DNA from: Methanobacteriota archaeon
GTDB lineage: Archaea; Hydrothermarchaeota; Hydrothermarchaeia; Hydrothermarchaeales; JACRDW01
Assembly: GCA_043820925.1 (NCBI GenBank)
Contig: JBDRDL010000032.1
Coordinates: 1-30,911, forward strand
Direction of reading: 5' to 3'
DNA length: 30,911 nucleotides
In this document: one piece after another, positions 24,366 to 30,911 of the stretch
Numbering within the stretch: position 1 is the first letter of the stretch
Layout: each line of letters starts with the position of its first letter
Position numbers and translations under genes: made by a program
The notes under the pieces: generated by a model
What the model was told of the DNA's origin: nothing
Seen by the model: only the letters and a program-made list of their open reading frames with translations
The model's database searches: none

Positions 24366-25571
24366 TCACGTCGTATACTCTGCATTGACTCTAACATAAT
24401 CATAAGTCAAATCGCATCCAAAAACTGTTGCGCTTTCGCCGCCTGCGTGCAGGTCTGCGATAACTTTAATCTCTTTCGCTTTCAAAATTTTCTCGGCAGT
24501 TTTCAGCTCTTTCGTATCTTGGAAAGCCAAAACTTTTCCTCCGTCGATTAAACAAACTTTCTTATTCTTAGCTTCAAAAAATAGGCTGAGCTTTTCTGGC
24601 TCGAATTTTGCACCGGAGTAACCGAGGGCAGCAATGATTCGACCCCAGTTCGGGTCTCCTCCGAAGAATGCTGTTTTTACTAAATTAGACCTCGCTATAG
24701 TTCGGGCAGCTTTTGTGGCGTCTTTCCTGCTTCTCGCATTCTGCACAGTAATTTCCAAAAGCTTCGTTGCACCCTCGCCGTCTTTGGCTATGAGCTTAGC
24801 AAGTTCTCGTGTAACGTGGTTCAGCGCTTCCTGGAAATTCTCGTCCACGTCGCTGTTTCCTGCAAGACCGTTTGCAAGTAGCACTACTATATCATTTGTA
24901 CTCATGTCACCATCTACTATAGTAGTGTTGAAGCTCTGCTCTACTGCATTTTCTAAGATTTTTTTAATTTTTTCTCTGGGCACGTAAGCATTCGTGGTCA
25001 GGAAGCACATCATCGTAGCATGTTTTAGCTGCGGTGCAATCATACCTGCACCTTTCGCAATGCCGCCTATCTCGATTTCCTCTCCGCTTTTCAGCTTGGT
25101 TTTGACTGATACCATTTTGTGAAATCTGTCTGTCGTGAGTATAACCCTTGCAGCCTTCAGCGAGGCTTCGCCTGCGCATTTTAGATTTCTCACAACTGTT
25201 TTTATCCCCTCTTCAACCGCTGCAATATCCATCCTCCTTCCGATTACGCCGGTCGAGGCGGCGAGAAAATTCTCAGGTTTCAAGCCAAATTTGTTCGCAG
25301 CTAATTCGCACATCTTTTTTGCATCTTCAATGCCCTCCCTGCCTGTGTATGCATTTGCATTTCCGGAGTTCGCTACTATTCCAAAAATATTCCTTTTTTT
25401 GAAATGCTCCTGAGAGACAAGCAGAGGGGCGGCTTTGATTTTGTTAGAAGTTATCATTAATGCGCAATTCGCCGGAGCTTCGCTCAGAATTATTGCAACG
25501 CCGTACTTCCCTTTTTTTACGCCGTTAGTCCTGAAGCCCTGACAGCAGACGCCCTTCCTCGTAATAATCAT
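24366..25571 (-). CDS. argJ: Ornithine acetyltransferase
   Basis: NSGNANAYTG, STGVIG, KGAGMIAP..HATM, DGDMSTND, DGEGATK, DPNWGR. Confidence 0.96.
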   Translation of the reverse strand: MIITRKGVCCQGFRTNGVKKGKYGVAIILSEAPANCALMITSNKIKAAPLLVSQEHFKKRNIFGIVANSGNANAYTGREGIEDAKKMCELAANKFGLKPENFLAASTGVIGRRMDIAAVEEGIKTVVRNLKCAGEASLKAARVILTTDRFHKMVSVKTKLKSGEEIEIGGIAKGAGMIAPQLKHATMMCFLTTNAYVPREKIKKILENAVEQSFNTTIVDGDMSTNDIVVLLANGLAGNSDVDENFQEALNHVTRELAKLIAKDGEGATKLLEITVQNARSRKDATKAARTIARSNLVKTAFFGGDPNWGRIIAALGYSGAKFEPEKLSLFFEAKNKKVCLIDGGKVLAFQDTKELKTAEKILKAKEIKVIADLHAGGESATVFGCDLTYDYVRVNAEYTT

Positions 25572-25594
25572 AGCCTAAGCTTTAGGCGAGAGGT

Positions 25595-26323
25595 TTATAA
25601 AAGCTTTGCATTTTTTATGAATTTCTTAACTTTTGAATAATCTTTCTTGCCTTCTTTTTTCTCAACCCCGCTGGAAACGTCGACGGCGTAAGGCTTTACT
25701 ACCTCGATTGCTTCTCTAACGTTCTCGGGATTTAAACCCCCTGCTAAAATAACAGGAATGCTAACTGCCTCGACTATTTTTCTCGAGAGCTTCCAGTCAT
25801 GAGGTTTTCCGCTCCCGCCGAACTGCTCTGAAGGTGTATCAAGCAGCAGCGCATCGCTGTATCTGGCAAATCTTTTTGCTTCCTGAATCGAAGCCTCGTC
25901 TTTTACGTGAATGGTTTTAATTATATTGCAGGGGATTAAACTTCGCAGCTCTCTTACGAACTGCACGTTTTCACTGCCATGGAGCTGCACAAATTCAATT
26001 CCAGTAGGAAGCTGGCGAGTATGCCATCTTCCTTGCGACAGCAAGACCGCAAGACTTGCGCCTACCTTACGGTATTGCGGAAGTGGGCGAATCTCCTCGT
26101 AAAGCGCTGCAGCTTCTTCAATGGTTTTTGGCATGATTACAATAACTTTTCCAATCGGTGCAGAAAAACCAAGAATTTTTTTCGCTTCCTGCGCAGTAAC
26201 CTTTCGAGGAGTATCGACAGGCACTTCGACGACTGCGCCTATGAAATCTGCACCAAGCCTTGCTGCCGCAAGGGCATCTTTTCTGTTTGTGTTGCCACAA
26301 ATTTTGACTTTTGCTACTTGCAT
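25595..26323 (-). CDS. trpF: Phosphoribosylanthranilate isomerase with a 29-aa insertion
   Basis: [39 protein letters not shown]. Confidence 0.95.
   Translation of the reverse strand: MQVAKVKICGNTNRKDALAAARLGADFIGAVVEVPVDTPRKVTAQEAKKILGFSAPIGKVIVIMPKTIEEAAALYEEIRPLPQYRKVGASLAVLLSQGRWHTRQLPTGIEFVQLHGSENVQFVRELRSLIPCNIIKTIHVKDEASIQEAKRFARYSDALLLDTPSEQFGGSGKPHDWKLSRKIVEAVSIPVILAGGLNPENVREAIEVVKPYAVDVSSGVEKKEGKKDYSKVKKFIKNAKLL
25997..26083 (-). other. 87-bp hairpin-rich in-frame insertion in trpF
   Basis: Removing it restores EEIRP-EFVQLHG spacing; contains several short inverted repeats. Confidence 0.75.
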
Positions 26324-27327
26324 TGTGATTCCTTGATGAGCGCTACTAATTTTTCGTAGGCTGCACCCGAATCTAAGGATTCTTCTGCAATGGAAATACC
26401 CTCTTTTATCGAGTCAGCTCTGCCGCCCACGTATATGCCTGCTGCTGCATTTAATACCACGATATCCCTCTTCGGTCCTTTCTCCCCTTTCAATACATCA
26501 GTAACAACTTTTGCATTGGAGCTTGCGTCTCCTCCTGCTATGTCTCTGATTGAAGCCCTTCTGAATCCAAAACCTTCTGGCTTTGCTTTGTAAGTTTTTA
26601 TCTTGGAATTGCGAAGCTCCGAGATTTGCGTCATGCCGATGGTGGAGAGCTCGTCCAGTCCATCGAGACCGTGCACAACAACCGCCCTTTCTACACCTAG
26701 GTTTCCAAGAACGCCTGCCATCTTCTCAGTCAACGCAGCATCGTATACTCCGAGCAGCTGGGCTTTCGCATTCGCAGGATTCGTAAGCGGTCCCAGGACG
26801 TTGAAAACCGTCCTTATCCCGATTTCCTTTCTCGGACCTATCGCATGCTTCATCGCAGGGTGAAAGAGAGGGGCGAACATGAAACCTATTCCAATTTTTT
26901 CTATGCACTTCTCCACTTCTTTTGGAGGCAAGTCGATCTTAACGCCCAATGCTTCTAAAACATCTGCGCTCCCTGCCTTTGAGGTTACGCTCCTGTTGCC
27001 GTGCTTGGCTACGTAAATGCCTGCACCAGCTACGACGAAAGCAGCAATCGTGGAGATGTTAAAAGTTTTTATTTTATCGCCTCCAGTGCCGCAGGTATCG
27101 ACGAGGGTGCCGTTTACCTTCGGATTAATTCTCGAAGCAAAGCTGCGCATGATTTTTGCGCATGCAGCAATTTCCTCTATGCTCTCGCCCTTCATTCGCA
27201 GCGCAGTTAGAAAACCTCCAATCTGCGCTCCTGTCGCTGCGCCGCTCATTATGAGCTTCATCGCTTCCTCTGCTTCGCTGCTCGTTAAGTCCTTTCCCTC
27301 AACCAACTTGCCGATGAATTCCTTCAT
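26314..27327 (-). CDS. trpD: Anthranilate phosphoribosyltransferase
   Basis: [29 protein letters not shown]. Confidence 0.97.
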   Translation of the reverse strand: MKEFIGKLVEGKDLTSSEAEEAMKLIMSGAATGAQIGGFLTALRMKGESIEEIAACAKIMRSFASRINPKVNGTLVDTCGTGGDKIKTFNISTIAAFVVAGAGIYVAKHGNRSVTSKAGSADVLEALGVKIDLPPKEVEKCIEKIGIGFMFAPLFHPAMKHAIGPRKEIGIRTVFNVLGPLTNPANAKAQLLGVYDAALTEKMAGVLGNLGVERAVVVHGLDGLDELSTIGMTQISELRNSKIKTYKAKPEGFGFRRASIRDIAGGDASSNAKVVTDVLKGEKGPKRDIVVLNAAAGIYVGGRADSIKEGISIAEESLDSGAAYEKLVALIKESQCK

Positions 27328-27896
27328 ACTTTCATCTCCAAAAAGTTTTTAATCATTTTCTTCCCTTCGGCGGTAAGAATCGACTCTGGATGAAACTGCA
27401 CTCCTTCAATTGGATAGCGTCTGTGGCGAATGCCCATTATAATTCCGTCCTCCACGCTTGCAGCAGTTATTTCCAGCTCTTCAGGAAAGTTCTGCTTCTG
27501 TATCGCAAGAGAATGATACCTCGCAGCAATGAATGGATTTTTTACTCCTCGATAAATAGTTTTTTTGTCGTGCTTTATTTCACTCGTCTTTCCGTGCATC
27601 AGAGTTTTTGCCCTCGCTACAACTCCGCCAAATGCAGCGCCTATTGCTTGGTGCCCAAGGCAAACTCCCAGGATTGGAATTTTTTCTCCAAATTTTTTTA
27701 TTATCGCAACGCTGCTGCCTGCATTTTCAGGTATTCCCGGACCCGGACTTATAATTATCTTGTCTGGAGCAATTTTTTCGACTTCACCGAGAGAAATATT
27801 ATTTCTTTTTACCATCACCTCTGCTCCCAGTTCTCCAACATACTGATACAAATTGTAAACGAAGCTGTCTATGTTGTCGATGATTAGGACTCTCAT
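27324..27896 (-). CDS. trpG: Anthranilate synthase component II
   Basis: [26 protein letters not shown]; start set at ATG 27896. Confidence 0.95.
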   Translation of the reverse strand: MRVLIIDNIDSFVYNLYQYVGELGAEVMVKRNNISLGEVEKIAPDKIIISPGPGIPENAGSSVAIIKKFGEKIPILGVCLGHQAIGAAFGGVVARAKTLMHGKTSEIKHDKKTIYRGVKNPFIAARYHSLAIQKQNFPEELEITAASVEDGIIMGIRHRRYPIEGVQFHPESILTAEGKKMIKNFLEMKV

Positions 27897-28046
27897 TTTC
27901 AATCCACCTCTCAGCACTTCGCCCGAACTCGTTTCACTCGTTCGTTCTCGTGCCGAGACCCGGTTTTTCGTCGTGTCTTGACCCATTATGCCACTCACTC
28001 CGTTCGTGTAATTTTCCCCGAGGGCTTTTGCGAAGCAAAAGGGCTC
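27897..28046 (-). repeat. Hairpin-rich repeat, copy 3 (B, inverted A, C), overlapping the trpE 3' end
   Basis: Matches to 18010-18061 and 18383-18408; CTTTTGC-GAA-GCAAAAG hairpin; ends GAGGTGGATTGAAA-ATG; upper boundary approximate. Confidence 0.8.
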
Positions 28047-29473
28047 AGCTCAATTGCTTTTAGCAGCGCTTTAGCCTTGTTCACCGTCTCCTGGTACTCC
28101 CTCTCAGGCACAGAATCAGCAACTATTCCTGCGCCTGCCTGAATGTAAGCTCTGCCGTTTTGGATTATAATCGTTCTAATCGTGATTGCAAAGTCCATGT
28201 TTAAATCGAAGCAGAAGTAGCCGACGCTGCCTGCATATATGCCCCGCCTGCTCGGCTCCAGCTCTTCGATTATCTGCATCGCCCTGACCTTCGGAGCCCC
28301 GCTCACCGTGCCCGCAGGGAAGCTCGCCTCGAGAGCGTCGAAAGAATCTTTGCCCTCCTGAAGCTCGCCCACGACATTGCTCACGATGTGCTGCACATGC
28401 GAGTATTTTTCCACAGCCATGAATTCATCCACGCAAACGCTTCCGAACTTCGAAACCTTGCCGATATCATTTCTCCCAAGGTCTACGAGCATTACGTGCT
28501 CTGCTCTCTCCTTCGGGTCGTTGAGCATTTCTCTCGCAAGCTGTTCATCTTCGACGACATTGCTTCCTCTCGGTCTCGTACCTGCAATCGGCCTCACGAC
28601 CACTTTTCCGTTGTCCACCTTAACCAGAATCTCGGGACTCGAGCCGATAATCTTAAGTTTATCGAATTCCAGGAAGTACATATAGGGCGAAGGGTTGATT
28701 TCTTTCAGGAGCAGATAAATGTTGAGAGGGTCTGCATTAACCTCGCACTCGAAGCGCTGGCTCAGGACTGCTTGGAATATATCTCCTGCATAGATGTATT
28801 CCTTTACCTTTCTCACCGCCTCTTCGAAATTTGCAAAGTTGCTCTTTATGTCGATTTTCTTTCCACTGCTCAGGCCTTCACTGTGCAGAGGTTTTTGGGG
28901 TTTTGCTTCCCTCAAAATTTTCTCGAGCTCTGAAATTTTCTTCTGCGCTTTCTTAAACTCCTTCTCGATATTTTTCTCATTTTCCAGTACAAGGTTAGAA
29001 ATGAGCAGAACTTCTTCTCTCCAGTGGTCGAAAACAATCAAATCCTTGACGAACATGAACTCTGCGTCGTTCTGTTTTAAGTCGTCCTTTGCAGCGCTGC
29101 CGATGTCTTCAAAATATCTAACCATGTCATAGGAGAAATAACCCAGCAGTCCGCCAAAAAATCTCGGCAGTTTGTTTCTCTGAGTTTTGTATTTCAGAAT
29201 TTTTCTCAGCGCTTTCATTGGATTTTTAACTGCCGAGCCGTTTATCGAACCGTCTTTCAGGCGTATTATCTTCTGCGGCGAGCTTCCTAAAAACGAATAC
29301 CTCGCTATTTTTTCTCCGACTATTGCGGACTCGAGCAGAAAGGAATATTTCGAGCTTTTTCTCAGGGCAGCATAAACGTCAGCCGGCTTGCATTTCACTA
29401 GGGATTTTGCGACTTTTACCAGAGGTATAATGCAGGGAAATCCAAGCTTTCTTGCTGCTTCATATACTTCCAT
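27995..29473 (-). CDS. trpE: Anthranilate synthase component I
   Basis: [45 protein letters not shown]. Confidence 0.97.
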   Translation of the reverse strand: MEVYEAARKLGFPCIIPLVKVAKSLVKCKPADVYAALRKSSKYSFLLESAIVGEKIARYSFLGSSPQKIIRLKDGSINGSAVKNPMKALRKILKYKTQRNKLPRFFGGLLGYFSYDMVRYFEDIGSAAKDDLKQNDAEFMFVKDLIVFDHWREEVLLISNLVLENEKNIEKEFKKAQKKISELEKILREAKPQKPLHSEGLSSGKKIDIKSNFANFEEAVRKVKEYIYAGDIFQAVLSQRFECEVNADPLNIYLLLKEINPSPYMYFLEFDKLKIIGSSPEILVKVDNGKVVVRPIAGTRPRGSNVVEDEQLAREMLNDPKERAEHVMLVDLGRNDIGKVSKFGSVCVDEFMAVEKYSHVQHIVSNVVGELQEGKDSFDALEASFPAGTVSGAPKVRAMQIIEELEPSRRGIYAGSVGYFCFDLNMDFAITIRTIIIQNGRAYIQAGAGIVADSVPEREYQETVNKAKALLKAIELSPFASQKPSGKITRTE

Positions 29474-30209
29474 ACACGAACTCCCTCACTTTTTTCGCAA
29501 TATCACCTTTCATTATTGCGCTTCCTATGAGCGCAGCGTCGCAGTATTTGAGCACGAATTTTAAATCTCGCAGTGTGCTAATGCCAGAGGAGCTTATTTT
29601 TATTCCGCCGATGTGCTCGGAAAAGACCTTGCTTCTGTTCAGGTCTACACGCAGCGTATCCTTGTCTCTGTTGTTGACTGCATAAATTCTCGTCCCTGCT
29701 TTCTCTGCCCTTGCTATATCTTCGAGGGAGTGAACCTCGACCAATGGCTCAATTCCGAGCCTGCGAGATTCCTCGATGAACTTTTTTAGCATTGCTTCAT
29801 CAAAAAAACTTGCGATGAGGAGCAGGGAATCTGCACCATAGTAGTAAGACTCAGCCACCTGCGCCTCGTCGAAGATAAAATCTTTCCTTAACACCGGGAT
29901 AGAAGAAATCTCAGAAACTTCGCTGAGATTTCTCAGGCTGCCCCCGAAGTACTTCTCCTCTGTCAACACAGAGAGCCCGCAGGCTCCGCCGTTAATCATT
30001 TCCCTCGCTATTGCCTTCGGGTCTTCCGGCTCTCTTATTTTCCCGAGCGGCGAGGAAAACTTAATTTCAGAAATTATCGGGTTTAGACCTTCTTTTTTCT
30101 TTTCTAAAATAGCCTTCTCAAAGCTCTTCGGCTTTCTCCTCAGCTCTATCCTGCCTTCAAATTTCCTATATCTCGACTTGCAGTCTTCAAGAATTGTATT
30201 GAAATTCAT
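29460..30209 (-). CDS. trpC: Indole-3-glycerol-phosphate synthase
   Basis: ISEIKFSSP, SVLTE, LRKDF, LVEVH, VNNRD. Confidence 0.95.
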   Translation of the reverse strand: MNFNTILEDCKSRYRKFEGRIELRRKPKSFEKAILEKKKEGLNPIISEIKFSSPLGKIREPEDPKAIAREMINGGACGLSVLTEEKYFGGSLRNLSEVSEISSIPVLRKDFIFDEAQVAESYYYGADSLLLIASFFDEAMLKKFIEESRRLGIEPLVEVHSLEDIARAEKAGTRIYAVNNRDKDTLRVDLNRSKVFSEHIGGIKISSSGISTLRDLKFVLKYCDAALIGSAIMKGDIAKKVREFVYGSI

Positions 30210-30418
30210 TTTCTGACCCGCATATTTTTGTTCTACTCAGATTATATATTATTTGCTGCAAACAAATATCAAATAAAAACATTCAACTTCTTGCAAAAAC
30301 TTTTGTAAAAATGGTAAACGCTTTAGAAAATAAAAGTTGGAGACGTGAAAAACGTCCCTAGTTATTATGGGATTACGGCGTGCATCACTTTTATATACCT
30401 CAAAATTTATCAAGAATT

Positions 30419-30911
30419 ATGCTCTCAGAAGTAAAGCAGGTCACCATTGTAATTTCAGGGAAGGTCCAGTTTATAGGTCTCAGGGGCTACATCGAGGAAC
30501 TTACCTCAGAATATGACCTTGCTGGATTTGTGTATAACGACTTCCGGGATGGTACTGTAAAACTCGCCTGTGAAGGGGAGGCTTCCAGCATAGACGAGCT
30601 TGCAGAGGAGATAAGGAGAAATCCGGAGGTTAGAGTGGAGATTCGAGACAAGATATTGCTCCCAAAGCCTGCTGGGAGAGTGGTAGTAGGCGTTGAGAGG
30701 GATATTTTCAGCAGGCTTGACTTGGGCGTTGAGCGCCTTGGCTCAATAGACAGCAGCCTTGCCTCTGTAAAAGAGCATACCGCCTCGATGGACGGTAAGC
30801 TAGGCTCGATGGACGGTAAGCTAGGCTCGATGGACGGTAAGCTAGGCTCGATGGACGGTAAGCTAGGCTCGATGGAGGGTAGTCTCAGCTCGATGGAAGT
30901 TAAGCTTAGAT
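30419..30911 (+). CDS. Acylphosphatase-like domain with a heptad-repeat tail (runs off the window; absent from the ORF track)
   Basis: Hand translation MLSEVKQVTIVISGKVQFIGLRGY...GFVYN...DGTVKLACEG, open to the window end; TTTTATATA upstream. Confidence 0.8.
   Translation, partial: MLSEVKQVTIVISGKVQFIGLRGYIEELTSEYDLAGFVYNDFRDGTVKLACEGEASSIDELAEEIRRNPEVRVEIRDKILLPKPAGRVVVGVERDIFSRLDLGVERLGSIDSSLASVKEHTASMDGKLGSMDGKLGSMDGKLGSMDGKLGSMEGSLSSMEVKLR
30784..30909 (+). repeat. 21-bp coding tandem repeat (SMDGKLG)n
   Basis: Four exact copies of CTCGATGGACGGTAAGCTAGG plus two degenerate copies. Confidence 0.97.

Noticed and set aside
25990..26095. trpF insert as a bulge-helix-bulge intron
   Set aside because: The junctions pair only partly (ATTC/GAAT, TTCC/GGAA around a 6x2 loop); I could not build a 3-4-3 BHB motif
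27910..28049. CTCAGC direct repeat whose collapse would fuse trpE and trpG in frame
   Set aside because: Only 6 bp, and the same word is part of module A in copy 1; insufficient evidence for a target duplication or ancestral fusion
30285..30360. Imperfect palindromes upstream of trpC as a trp operator or attenuator
   Set aside because: Weak AT-rich symmetry, no TGTACA-type TrpY boxes and no Trp-codon leader peptide seen
30784..30909. Tandem repeat as a CRISPR array
   Set aside because: No spacers; the 21-bp unit is in frame within a CDS
1..30911. tRNA or rRNA genes
   Set aside because: No cloverleaf or rRNA-like segment recognised; intergenic spaces are short and otherwise explained

Overview
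Archaeal chromosomal window (archaeal-type rpl7ae-rps28e-rpl24e-ndk, dph5, trm5, ribH/ribL, thiL, argJ, trpCEGDF; a Methanobacteriota/Hydrothermarchaeota-like host is my inference only). Main result: between ribH and ribL lies an integron-like system. An IntI-like tyrosine recombinase that lacks the integron-specific insertion but has an extra HARP-like N-terminal domain points INTO an array. The array consists of an attI-like site, a 2585-bp restriction-modification cassette and a 1311-bp glycosyltransferase-like cassette. The two attC-like sites have different stem sequences but the same branched fold built from GNA-triloop hairpins. Each cassette's 5' end is complementary to its own 3' end over 20-23 nt, well beyond the usual 7-bp core. 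Second theme: integrase-free toxin-antitoxin modules sit between duplicated ends of housekeeping genes (thiL 5' end in three copies, argJ 3' end in two). Third theme: small hairpin-rich repeats are inserted at operon gene junctions, and one 87-bp insert is in frame inside trpF. All calls are by eye from the sequence; no searches were run.
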